From IMG/VR virus record IMGVR_UViG_3300021959_000053, positions 1 through 55,156 of that record: a stretch of DNA of 55,156 bases; one strand, given 5' to 3'. Position numbers and translations under genes: made by a program. The stretch comes from a virus (taxonomy: Duplodnaviria > Caudoviricetes). The notes under the pieces are model-generated. The model did no database searches. It was not told where the DNA came from and saw only the letters and a program-made list of their open reading frames with translations. Positions 45,342 through 54,822 of this stretch are shown piece by piece (position 1 is the first letter of the stretch; every line of letters begins with the position of its first letter).

Positions 45342-45370
45342 ATTATACAGGTATATACTATACTTGTCAA
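45342..45370 (-). promoter_or_regulatory. sigma70 consensus promoter for the ejection-protein operon
   Basis: TTGACA-17 nt-TATAAT. Confidence 0.85.
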
Positions 45371-45413
45371 TAGTTAATTTGGAGTTAAGGTACAAATACC
45401 TTAGGTGTGTGTC

Positions 45414-45524
45414 TTACTTTGCGTCTGCGATAGAAAAGTTTCCGTTCTGAATAAGATTGCGATTACCCAAAGCGGAGTCATCGTATACATTAGCTAACTC
45501 TGCTAAACCTCTTGCTTTAGTCAT
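45414..45524 (-). pseudogene. Truncated tail-fibre gene remnant (36 aa)
   Basis: MTKARGLAELANVYDDSALGNRNLIQNGNFSIADAK-stop, AAGGA RBS. Confidence 0.6.
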
Positions 45525-45535
45525 TAGCTATTTCC

Positions 45536-45817
45536 TTACTCTGGTGTTTCTTGTGCAGCGTCACGTTCTGCACGAGTTTGATAATCCTCACGGGCTGTTA
45601 CAAGCGCCACAAAGTCAGCCTGATTGCTGGGAATAGGGTCTGTAAAACTGCCGTCATTCATCAGTTTGGTAGTCCATTCTTGCTGCATACGTTTCCAGCA
45701 ATTGTTCTTTTTGCCGTCCATTGCAGCCTGTAGCCAATCATCAATGTTTAGCAGATCGTTATGCAAGATAGCTTGTTCAGTGTCAGTAAGCTCAACCGTT
45801 AGTGTTATTGTTGCCAT
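45536..45817 (-). CDS. Tail fibre accessory protein
   Basis: 93 aa, GKKNNCWKRM, follows the C1q fibre gene. Confidence 0.6.
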   Translation of the reverse strand: MATITLTVELTDTEQAILHNDLLNIDDWLQAAMDGKKNNCWKRMQQEWTTKLMNDGSFTDPIPSNQADFVALVTAREDYQTRAERDAAQETPE

Positions 45818-45855
45818 TGTTTGTCTCCTTTAAGACAGGGTTATTTCGCCCATTG

Positions 45856-46632
45856 TTATGCCACTAGGTAGCCGCTGAAAGTGCTGGTGGATTGTTGTAA
45901 GTCTGTTTGTGCAGACCCACCCGCTTGGTAAATTTGGACATAGGCGGTATCTGCAGCATCCATATCAACCAAAAATGAACCAGTAAATGTAATATAATCT
46001 GGGTCCGTGGTAAAATTTGGAGAGTTAAGCCCTACTTCGTAAGAGCCATTTGAAGTCGTTATAAGTACCTGATAATAACTAGCAGCGGTATCTACTTGGT
46101 ATAGTCTAATCTGTACATTAAACTGATATTTGCCTGTCACTGGAGTCGAGAATGTGTTAGACGCAAAATCAGAACCTTGGTCAAAGAACTCTCCTCCAAA
46201 AACTACAGTATGGTATGCATTAATAGCAAGATTGGTCTGAGCCCCTGTATTGTTAATTGCGCCAAAGGCTGGCTGGGACGGCTTTGTGACACGGCCTGAC
46301 GAGTCGATGCGCATACGCTCCGCAGCAGCGGTTCTTACAAGTAAATGGTCATCGTTATGATCGTAAGAAAAACCACCCCTATATGCATCAGACCCAGTCG
46401 TCCCATCAGAGAAATATAAGTTGGTTCTTTGGTTTGACCCTGTGCTTGCGATTGTGATGCCAGTGTGACCCGAAGATGCGACAACTAGATTGTCTGCTTC
46501 TCCGTCATAGTCAGTAGGCGAAGTCGTCCCAATCCCAACATTTTCTGAACTATCTATTGTTATAGCGGTGGCATCTGCAGCACTGGAGTCTATTATATTT
46601 ATCTGGTCTGCGGTATCTCTTGATCTACTCAT
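45856..46632 (-). CDS. Tail fibre / receptor-binding protein with C1q-like domain
   Basis: ENVGIGTTSP and ERMRIDSSG repeats; PAF...FSTPVTGKYQF...FSGYLV. Confidence 0.75.
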   Translation of the reverse strand: MSRSRDTADQINIIDSSAADATAITIDSSENVGIGTTSPTDYDGEADNLVVASSGHTGITIASTGSNQRTNLYFSDGTTGSDAYRGGFSYDHNDDHLLVRTAAAERMRIDSSGRVTKPSQPAFGAINNTGAQTNLAINAYHTVVFGGEFFDQGSDFASNTFSTPVTGKYQFNVQIRLYQVDTAASYYQVLITTSNGSYEVGLNSPNFTTDPDYITFTGSFLVDMDAADTAYVQIYQAGGSAQTDLQQSTSTFSGYLVA

Positions 46633-48488
46633 TATTCAGCCTCCAATGCTGTTAGCCGTGTTTCGATAGAAGCTAGGCGTTGCTCCGTAGCTGCGCCAAC
46701 AAAAGCTAACAACTCAGGATACCGAATACCCTTACGGTTACGCTCTGTTGCGCCATCTGGGGCTTCCTCGTCTGTGTCATACGTGTCTGTACGAGTGTAT
46801 GCGTCCTTGGCTTCTACGGCCTCGCTAACAAGGCGTTGCTCTGTACGCTCTGCTTCAACTTCGTTACCGTCATCGTCAAGGATCGCTGGAATAACCACAT
46901 CCTCGTACACTGCTTCAACTGCCTCAACCGCTGGAACCTCAGTCTGTGTTTCCCACCAAGTTGCACTAATGAAGAATGCATAGTCTCCAGCGTCTAGCCC
47001 TGCATCAGTCATCGCTTGCTCTACTTCTTGAGCAATGACACCAGTGTGTGTACGGGCTGCGTCACCTTTATCGGCTACACTGTCGTTCCACTTGAATGTT
47101 TTGTAGAGTGCGCTGATAGCTTTAGCGGCTGTCATCTCTGTATCTGTTAGTGATGCAATCTGCTGCTTTTCGTTTTGGTCAGATGTCTGGATTGTGCTGT
47201 TGGTGGCGTAGATGTCATCGAAGCGGTTTCCTGAATTACCTAAATCAATGGCATTGTCTCTTGTTGCACCCTGATTTGTAGGAATAACTGCATCAATATT
47301 AGCAGCGAATAATAATCCAGTATCTCCAGTAGAAAAGTAAGAGTTTGACCCTGCGTTCCCAATACTCCCCACAGTGGTGCTGTCTTTGCGGAGGTTAACT
47401 ATTTCACCGTCTGTGCTATTTCGTCGGAATGTAGCAACATTAGCGCTTCTAGTTACAAGAATTTCTCCTGTGCCTCTTAGTATAACACCATTGGTAGAAA
47501 AGTCGTTACTCGTCTTACCCACCAGCAAGTTACCGCTGCTGTCGATGCGCACGCGTTCTGAGCTACCAGCATAAAGTGCTAGGGGGTTGGCTTTAGCATC
47601 AACGGCTGAAACGGCAGCATCTCCATAAAGAGATAATCTTGCAGTGCCGCTTGTGCTTAGTAGCGCTTGTACATAGCCAGCTTGGTCTATGTTTAATTTA
47701 TGGTTAGCCGCTGGCGAAGTCGTCCCAATCCCAACATTGCCTGACGAGTCGATGCGCATACGTTCTGCGTTGTTTACTTGAAACCTCATGTAGTTGCTTG
47801 AATGGTCATATCCAATCTGACCAATGTTCGCATCATCGGTATCACCGAAGTTTAGGTAGCCAAACCCTGTCGTGGATTGCGTGTCTTGAAACCCAACCGC
47901 ATCAACTGCACCTGAAGCCGTCACTGTACCAGTTACGTCAATACCTGTGGAGGTGGTGGCGAGTTTGATTGAATTGTCGTACCTTAAATCAACAGCGCCA
48001 TTGTCATTAAACGACGCATAATATTCTGTCTGGGCTGGGTTCATTAAGTGAATTGCGCCTGATCCACATATAAAAAGATTTCCAGTTCCATTATCTATGA
48101 TATTAGACGCACTTCCGTCATGGAACACTTCAAGGTCAGACCCAGCACCGAAGATGGCTTTATTGTTATCGCCGAATGTGACGTTGCCGCCAACTGTTAG
48201 GTCATCTACTGTAGTAGTGCCACTGAATGTCTGACTTGCTATCTCAAATGCAGTAAAGGAAATAGTCTCAAGAATATCACCGACTGCTGCACCACTAGCC
48301 AACACAACATCACTGCCGTTTGTAGCTGTGAAGTCTGCTGCTGCCAGTTTGACACCGTTAAGGTACACATCGATAAATCCAGGCGTATACCCACCAGTAG
48401 CAAAACTAGTTTGCCCAGCGGTAGCTGTAAAGGATTTTCTGTGTTGTGTAGCCTGTGGTACTGGCGTAGCACCAATATATCCTGCCAT
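46632..48488 (-). CDS. Tail fibre with peptidase S74 intramolecular chaperone
   Basis: ATAGQTSF, ERMRIDSSG repeats, TSDQNEK..HTGVIAQEV..GIRYPEL. Confidence 0.8.
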   Translation of the reverse strand: MAGYIGATPVPQATQHRKSFTATAGQTSFATGGYTPGFIDVYLNGVKLAAADFTATNGSDVVLASGAAVGDILETISFTAFEIASQTFSGTTTVDDLTVGGNVTFGDNNKAIFGAGSDLEVFHDGSASNIIDNGTGNLFICGSGAIHLMNPAQTEYYASFNDNGAVDLRYDNSIKLATTSTGIDVTGTVTASGAVDAVGFQDTQSTTGFGYLNFGDTDDANIGQIGYDHSSNYMRFQVNNAERMRIDSSGNVGIGTTSPAANHKLNIDQAGYVQALLSTSGTARLSLYGDAAVSAVDAKANPLALYAGSSERVRIDSSGNLLVGKTSNDFSTNGVILRGTGEILVTRSANVATFRRNSTDGEIVNLRKDSTTVGSIGNAGSNSYFSTGDTGLLFAANIDAVIPTNQGATRDNAIDLGNSGNRFDDIYATNSTIQTSDQNEKQQIASLTDTEMTAAKAISALYKTFKWNDSVADKGDAARTHTGVIAQEVEQAMTDAGLDAGDYAFFISATWWETQTEVPAVEAVEAVYEDVVIPAILDDDGNEVEAERTEQRLVSEAVEAKDAYTRTDTYDTDEEAPDGATERNRKGIRYPELLAFVGAATEQRLASIETRLTALEAE

Positions 48489-48492
48489 TGTT

Positions 48493-48720
48493 TTATCCTT
48501 CTAGGTTTGCAACTTCTTCTAAGTTTTCTAGAGAATTTACTAGCCGTGCAATAAAAGCATCACGCCCTACTGCAAGTTGATCTACATTAAACCTAGCATT
48601 GTCTAGTTTACGTCCGAGGTCATTTACATGATTAAGCATAATCTTTTGCTCATCAGTGAAGTCTTCAATGTTGTATTCTGTGTCATTAACTGTAATGAGG
48701 TTCTTTTCATTTTTACCCAT
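48493..48720 (-). CDS. Small tail-module accessory protein
   Basis: 75 aa, ITVNDTEY.IED.TDEQK. Confidence 0.6.
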   Translation of the reverse strand: MGKNEKNLITVNDTEYNIEDFTDEQKIMLNHVNDLGRKLDNARFNVDQLAVGRDAFIARLVNSLENLEEVANLEG

Positions 48721-48742
48721 AACAAGTTTCCTTCTGGTTAAG

Positions 48743-48958
48743 TTAAGTGTTTGCTGCGATTGCAGCGTTAGCGGCGGTCATGTCCTCTGTTGTCCAGTAG
48801 TCCTTTGCCACCATGAGTTGCAGATGCTCAACGTTACGAGCAACTGTGTCTGTCCAGTCAGCATCTTCCATGTCTTCTGGTTTGCCAGCGTTTAACAGTT
48901 CAACGGAGTGACCCATTGCGGTATAGTGCTGTGCGATTTCTTCTGCTGTTAGTTCCAT
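48743..48958 (-). CDS. Small tail-module accessory protein
   Basis: 71 aa, RNVEHLQLMVAKDYWTTED. Confidence 0.6.
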   Translation of the reverse strand: MELTAEEIAQHYTAMGHSVELLNAGKPEDMEDADWTDTVARNVEHLQLMVAKDYWTTEDMTAANAAIAANT

Positions 48959-48962
48959 AGTC

Positions 48963-51068
48963 TTATCCTTCTAGGGTTGCGATACGCGCTTCAAGAGCCG
49001 TAATAGTTGCCTGTTGTTCTTGGATTAACTTGAGCATTGGCGTAATCATCTTTGAATATGAAACACCTGCAAGTTCTTGCTCCCCGTCCACTTCATTGTA
49101 AAAGCAAAGATCAGGATTTACTGACTCAACCTCGTCTGCAATTAATCCATAATACAATTCACCCTCTGCCTGATCGGTGTAATTGTTATCAGCATCCTTT
49201 GTGCGATAGTTAAACGCTTTAGGTGAAAGACTAAGCAGCCAAGAAGCGTCAGTAAAATCAACAATGTTTGTCTTTGATTCACGGACGGATGAAAGGTATC
49301 CAACAGTGCCGTTACTATCGACATAAACATCACGACCAGCGACAGGGAAGCTGTAAAGAGTCGGGCAAGCTAGATATGAACCTGTGTGCCAAACCCTAGG
49401 ATTACCAGCCCCATCCGACAGCACGATGTTGCCGCTTGAGGTGCGAATGTCCAAGCCGCCTTGGTTGCCGTTGTAGCGACCAATGATGGTGTTTTGTGTA
49501 CCCGATGATACATAACGCCCGCAGTCATGGCCAAGGAACGTGTTTTGAGCGCCTGTAGTAGATTCTCCTGATTGGTTTCCTACAAAAGTGCCGCTGCCGC
49601 CTGTTGTATGAGAATACCCAGCAAACCTACCCATAAATACAGATTGCGTTCCTGTATTATTAGAAAACCCAGCTTGATACCCAACAGCGGTGTTGCTGCT
49701 TGCGGTGCTATTATATGTAAGAGCAGATTCTCCTAAAGCTACGTTAGCGCTTCCTGTTGAGTTTGATGATAGTGCATTCGCCCCAAACGCCGCATTGCTT
49801 GCTCCCGTCGTATTAGTTACAGCCGTGCGTCTACCAAAAAATGCGTTGCTTGCTCCTGTTGTAGTAGCAGTCCCCGCCTGATACCCCACAGCCGTGTTGT
49901 TGCTTGCGGTGGTGTTGGAGGCAAGTGCGCCTGTCCCAACAGCTATGTTATCACTCCCAGAAGTGTTGTTGAACAGAGCAGGTAAAATGGACCCATTAAA
50001 CGAACCCACAGCCGTGTTGTTAGACCCTGTGTTAAGGTATAGTGCCGAATCCCCCACAGCTACGTTGCCTGTGCCAGTAGTATTAGAGAACAAAGCATTG
50101 TAACCCGCAGCAATATTATAGGATGCGGTGGTATTATTACCTAAAGCATTATACCCCACGGCAACAAGGCGAGTTCCTGTCGTGTTGTCATAAAGTGCCT
50201 GATACCCAACCGCTGTGTTGTTGCTTGCGGTGGTGTTAGACCACAGTGACTTCTTGCCTATAGCCGTATTAGATGCCCCTGTCGTATTAACTTTTAAACT
50301 TTCGGAGCCAATCGCTGTGTTATTATCTGCAGTAGTGTTTGCCGACAGTGCAGCATCACCTATAGCCGTAAGGGCAGCACCAGTTGTATTGGCGTCCAAA
50401 GAATACGCACCCATAGCCACGTTTTCAGTTCCTGTAGTATTGGCAAGCATAGCCTGAAACCCGACAGCCGTGTTTCGGGATGCGGTGGTGTTTTGCAGGG
50501 TAGACTGCCCTATAGCAACATTATAACTGCTTGTTGTGTTACTGTATAAAGCATTAAGTCCCAGTGCTGTATTGCTAGCACCAGTAGTGTTTAGCTGCAT
50601 TGCTGCATGGCCTACAGCTACGTTTGATGCTCCTGTGGTATTTGTGTACAAGGCTTGATACCCAACCGCTACATTGTTATTTGCGGTGGTGTTGGATAAA
50701 AGTGCGTCATTACCCAAAGCTGTATTTTTTGATCCTGTAGTGTTTGCGCTAAATGCCGCCTGACCTATTGCTGTATTATTGCTGCCTGTCGTGTTTGCAT
50801 CCGCAGTATACGACCCAAAGAATGCGTTCTTTGTGCCGGAAGTAAGAGCCGTGCCAGCGACCTGTCCAACTGCCGTGTTGTAGTTACCTGTAATAGATGT
50901 ATTTAATGCAGCGTCACCCAACGCCACGTTGCCTGTACCATTGGGGTAATTACCGTCCAGCTTAATTGTGCCTCCGTCTACAACAAGACTATCACTAGTT
51001 ATTGTACCGTCAACATCCGCTGCTGTAGTAGACAACACAACTGCTTTATTTCCGATGTAACCAGCCAT
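48963..51068 (-). CDS. Tail fibre with 14-aa NTAVG repeats and S74 chaperone
   Basis: Many NTA(V/I)G..AL..NTTG repeats (YadA-head-like); SSVRESKTNI..YGLIADEV. Confidence 0.8.
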   Translation of the reverse strand: MAGYIGNKAVVLSTTAADVDGTITSDSLVVDGGTIKLDGNYPNGTGNVALGDAALNTSITGNYNTAVGQVAGTALTSGTKNAFFGSYTADANTTGSNNTAIGQAAFSANTTGSKNTALGNDALLSNTTANNNVAVGYQALYTNTTGASNVAVGHAAMQLNTTGASNTALGLNALYSNTTSSYNVAIGQSTLQNTTASRNTAVGFQAMLANTTGTENVAMGAYSLDANTTGAALTAIGDAALSANTTADNNTAIGSESLKVNTTGASNTAIGKKSLWSNTTASNNTAVGYQALYDNTTGTRLVAVGYNALGNNTTASYNIAAGYNALFSNTTGTGNVAVGDSALYLNTGSNNTAVGSFNGSILPALFNNTSGSDNIAVGTGALASNTTASNNTAVGYQAGTATTTGASNAFFGRRTAVTNTTGASNAAFGANALSSNSTGSANVALGESALTYNSTASSNTAVGYQAGFSNNTGTQSVFMGRFAGYSHTTGGSGTFVGNQSGESTTGAQNTFLGHDCGRYVSSGTQNTIIGRYNGNQGGLDIRTSSGNIVLSDGAGNPRVWHTGSYLACPTLYSFPVAGRDVYVDSNGTVGYLSSVRESKTNIVDFTDASWLLSLSPKAFNYRTKDADNNYTDQAEGELYYGLIADEVESVNPDLCFYNEVDGEQELAGVSYSKMITPMLKLIQEQQATITALEARIATLEG

Positions 51069-51376
51069 TATGTTTGCTCCAGAACCGATGCGATAGCATC
51101 ACAACTACTTGCTGTGTCTGATGTAACTACAATAGTATCTGTAGTTTCTAAGATAATCTTACCGTCTAAGACAGACAAACCACTACCTGAGGGTATTGGC
51201 GCTGACTTAACAATGTAAACACCAGCTACTTGAACGTCTACTAAGATTTGAGAGGCTGTTCTATTGGCTAAATTACACCCAATCATAACAGCTGTTGTTG
51301 AAGAAGGCACGGTATATACAGTTGTAGCAGACGTACCTACCGATGCGCTTGTATAGTTCTTAAAAGTATTAGCCAT
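51068..51376 (-). CDS. Small tail structural protein
   Basis: MANTFK..VYTVP..GKIILETTD. Confidence 0.65.
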   Translation of the reverse strand: MANTFKNYTSASVGTSATTVYTVPSSTTAVMIGCNLANRTASQILVDVQVAGVYIVKSAPIPSGSGLSVLDGKIILETTDTIVVTSDTASSCDAIASVLEQT

Positions 51377-51389
51377 TTGTTAGTTCTCC

Positions 51390-53099
51390 TTACCCAAGGG
51401 CTATCGCCAGAGCAAGGGCGGTACCTGCTTGGTCTACGTCTAGATTAGTTCTTGCATTAGCCGCTGTTGACGCGCCAGTACCACCTAAGGCTACAGGCAA
51501 GTCACTTGTTGAAGTAATATCATCTAACTCTAGTGTCGTTGATGTACTCACATTTAAGGTTGTTACAGAAGCAGCTGCAGCTGTAGCACCGCCTATAACT
51601 ACGTTGTCAGCTGTACCTCCATTAATATCTGCTGTTGTCAATACTGCAGAAGGTATTGTAACAACACCTGTTGAGTTAGCTATTGTAGCAGCCACTGTAC
51701 CATCGTTTGCAGATATCGATGCAGTTTCAATATCAGTAGCATTAACTACATCATCTTTTAAAAGAACACTATCAATAGTTACACCAGACCCTGAGGTAGT
51801 CTCGTCAATAGTGTTTGTAGTAATCTTTTGACCACTAGCTACTGCAATGTCGTTAGATCCTGTAGTATTTCCATTAGCTAGTACTTCTGATAGTTCATTG
51901 TTAGAATCAATCTGACTATCTACATAAGCCTTAATAGACTGTTGTGTAGCTAGGCTAGTGTTACTATCTGAAGCCATGTTGTCTTCATCTAGAATACCTG
52001 TAACTGTCGTTGTACCAGCTATAGTCAAATTAGTATTAGCTGTTAAAGTAGTAGTTGTAGCTGCAGCTGCAGTAGATCCACCTACTACAACATTGTCAAG
52101 GGTACCACCGTCTATATCAGCTGTAGTAAAGGAAGCGGCTGCAGGAGTAGAAGCGCCGATAGTAACACCGTCAAGAGTACCACCATTAATATCTGCAGTA
52201 GTAAGAACAGCAGAAGCTACAGTCATAATACCTGTTGAGTCTGCAATAGTAGCCGAGGCAGTACCATCTTTAGCTTTTACATTTGTAACCTCAAGGTTAG
52301 TTGAGTCAACAGTAGTAGCATTCACAGTTGTAGCTGTTGCTGTTGTAAAAGTACCAGCAGCTGCAGATGAACCACCAATAACTATACCATCAACTGCACC
52401 GCCATTAAGATCTACAGTAGAAGCTGTTACTGTAGTAAAAGTACCAGCAGCTGGGGTAGAACCACCAATAACAGTGCCGTCTACCGTACCACCGTTAAGG
52501 TCTACTGTAGTGACTGTACCTAAGTCACTCCAAGTACCTGTGAGTGCTCCACCACCATTTGCATTAAGTGATGTAAAGGTACCAGCTGCAGCTGTAGAGC
52601 CACCAATAATAGTACCGTCTACAGTACCTCCATTAATGTCTACTGTAGTGACTGTACCTAGATTAGAGACAGTAGCTCCAGAAAAGTTAGCAGAGCTAGT
52701 AACAGTTAAAGCACCTACACTAGCTGCGTCTGTAGTAACTGTTCCATCAAAGTAAGCATCTTTAAACTCTAAAGAAGAAGTACCTAAGTCTATATCGTTA
52801 GTTGTTACAGGTACAATAGAACCATCTTGTATTCTAACCTGTTCTACAGCGCTAGAAGAAACATCGACAAAGAACTTAATTAAGTCATTAGTGGTATCAA
52901 TTGTTATTTTATTAAGAGGTGTAACTAAACCAGCATCACCAATAAGACCAATAACAGGTCCTTCAGCAATTGTCCCATTGTGGGCATGTCCTGTCTCACG
53001 GTGAAAAGCATTTACTAGTTGGTCAAACTCATTAGAAGAGTCTGATGCTTGTATAACGTCACCATCTGTGTAGGTACTCTGGCGTGTGTAACTTGCCAT
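51390..53099 (-). CDS. Proximal tail fibre with DINGGT.DG..IGG repeats
   Basis: MASYTRQS start, GHAHNG, Thr-rich repeats, ALAIALG end. Confidence 0.75.
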   Translation of the reverse strand: MASYTRQSTYTDGDVIQASDSSNEFDQLVNAFHRETGHAHNGTIAEGPVIGLIGDAGLVTPLNKITIDTTNDLIKFFVDVSSSAVEQVRIQDGSIVPVTTNDIDLGTSSLEFKDAYFDGTVTTDAASVGALTVTSSANFSGATVSNLGTVTTVDINGGTVDGTIIGGSTAAAGTFTSLNANGGGALTGTWSDLGTVTTVDLNGGTVDGTVIGGSTPAAGTFTTVTASTVDLNGGAVDGIVIGGSSAAAGTFTTATATTVNATTVDSTNLEVTNVKAKDGTASATIADSTGIMTVASAVLTTADINGGTLDGVTIGASTPAAASFTTADIDGGTLDNVVVGGSTAAAATTTTLTANTNLTIAGTTTVTGILDEDNMASDSNTSLATQQSIKAYVDSQIDSNNELSEVLANGNTTGSNDIAVASGQKITTNTIDETTSGSGVTIDSVLLKDDVVNATDIETASISANDGTVAATIANSTGVVTIPSAVLTTADINGGTADNVVIGGATAAAASVTTLNVSTSTTLELDDITSTSDLPVALGGTGASTAANARTNLDVDQAGTALALAIALG

Positions 53100-53109
53100 G
53101 TTTCTCTCC

Positions 53110-54822
53110 CTAGCGTCTTGCCGCTGCTGTAAATTCTAATTGAAAGCCTTTTAGTGAGTAAGGAAAAGACACCCCATTGTCTACTACCCTTAAAGCTACT
53201 GAAAAACCTGATCCCTCAACAGGTTGTCTAATCAATGGATCCGATTGACCACCATAAGTAGATTGACCGTACAAACCACTTCCGTATAAAGCTACAACTT
53301 GACTTGAATCAAAAGGATAAGCGTCGGGTCTAGCTGAGTCAGGGCTTTCATAGTCATACCTTAGAAATAACTGTGAATTAAGAACCCCCTCGGGTGCATA
53401 GTTAATAATAACACGTTGAAAAGCTTTACGGATACCAGCATCTCCTGCTGTAATGTCTGTACTACGATAACGTCCAATAATTGTAGTTCCATCAAAGGTG
53501 TTGCCTTGTTGATCTTGGTACACGTACCCGTCGTAACCACCCATTATATTAAAGTAACTACCTTGAAATTCACCAGTATCACTAGAGTACATTTTCAAAC
53601 CTTTAGTTGTAGCAAACTCATAGCCACTCGGTTTAAGACTGCAGATTACACCGTCAGTATATATATCTCTTTCAGCAGTACTACCAAATATAAGTCTATA
53701 CTGAGTTTTATTAGGAATAACGTATGACTCAAACTCGTCAACATCTCCTCTATTTTTAAATAATTCTTGGATAGGGCTTGAAATAGAACTTAAATTAACG
53801 TCACCAATCTTTTCTGTACCAGCAATAGTACGAAGACCATCAGGCCCTAAGAATATAACATCACCAGCAAATTCTTTAATAGTCCATCCATTCCTACAGC
53901 CAATTTCTCTTGTAATTGGGGTAAGTTGAAAGTCTGATTGAGAACTACCTGTCAAACGATAAATTCTATTAGCTGAGAAAATGTAAAGGTTATCCCTAAA
54001 AACTATCATCCCAGTTACAGGCGCATCAATTGCAAAACTACCTGCTCCATTTGCTAAACTAAAATTGTTTATAGTTAAAGGTGCTGTAAAAACAATTTCT
54101 TCTGGATTACTTGACATTCCTGCATAAAACCCAGTGTTTTTAAATACAGCAATAAATTTAGGATCAGCTGGAGCATTTGTACCATTAATATCTGTTATCG
54201 AAGATCCATTCCAGTACGAAGCATGGTTAGTTCCATCCGCAAAAGCAAGTAAGTCTTCACCTGTGTAGTCAAACCTAGTGTGCGTGTACTTTTTTGCATT
54301 TGTTCTACCAGAATCAATAGAAGTCCATGTTTGTTGAATTGAAAGATTATCAACATGCGAAGCAGCTGAAGTACTGTTAGCACCCCTAGTGCAACCTGTA
54401 AATGTAGTTGTCGTTAAACCTGTATATGTTATTTGCTCAGTACCTACAAGAAGTGTACCAGTCGTTGAAAAACCAGTAGTACTATCAACCGTTAATGTAG
54501 TAACACTTGCATTAATAGCTCCATCTAAACTATTAGTCTGAGCTGAAGATCTATAGATAGCTGAACCACGAGCACCTATTACTTCTCCTGAGTAGAAAGC
54601 ACACATAAGAATAGGTTCATCATCATCTGACGCTGTAAATGGAATCTTTTGAGAAGTCCATTTAGTGTACCCATCTATTCTTCTGTAGCCACCTGAAGTA
54701 TCTGGCTCAAAGTTTTGTAACTCAAGGGCAGCACCAGGTGGTACCTCAAAGTTAGACTTATCTAAAATTAAGCCACCTTGTAATGGGAATATAAAAGGAG
54801 AAAGACCAGTTGTATCAGCCAT
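53110..54822 (-). CDS. Tail nozzle / tail tubular protein B-like
   Basis: 570 aa; GGL..., NFEP..GGYRRIDG, IFLGPDGLR; follows the adaptor gene on the circular map. Confidence 0.7.
   Translation of the reverse strand: MADTTGLSPFIFPLQGGLILDKSNFEVPPGAALELQNFEPDTSGGYRRIDGYTKWTSQKIPFTASDDDEPILMCAFYSGEVIGARGSAIYRSSAQTNSLDGAINASVTTLTVDSTTGFSTTGTLLVGTEQITYTGLTTTTFTGCTRGANSTSAASHVDNLSIQQTWTSIDSGRTNAKKYTHTRFDYTGEDLLAFADGTNHASYWNGSSITDINGTNAPADPKFIAVFKNTGFYAGMSSNPEEIVFTAPLTINNFSLANGAGSFAIDAPVTGMIVFRDNLYIFSANRIYRLTGSSQSDFQLTPITREIGCRNGWTIKEFAGDVIFLGPDGLRTIAGTEKIGDVNLSSISSPIQELFKNRGDVDEFESYVIPNKTQYRLIFGSTAERDIYTDGVICSLKPSGYEFATTKGLKMYSSDTGEFQGSYFNIMGGYDGYVYQDQQGNTFDGTTIIGRYRSTDITAGDAGIRKAFQRVIINYAPEGVLNSQLFLRYDYESPDSARPDAYPFDSSQVVALYGSGLYGQSTYGGQSDPLIRQPVEGSGFSVALRVVDNGVSFPYSLKGFQLEFTAAARR

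Noticed and set aside
45856-51068. Diversity-generating retroelement or invertase shufflon
   Set aside because: No reverse transcriptase or invertase, no adenine-specific TR/VR pair, and the repeats are direct rather than inverted
51604-52755. Long plus-strand ORFs opposite the tail fibre, and similar shadow ORFs elsewhere
   Set aside because: Antisense open frames are expected from repetitive Thr/Ala/Gly/Val codons
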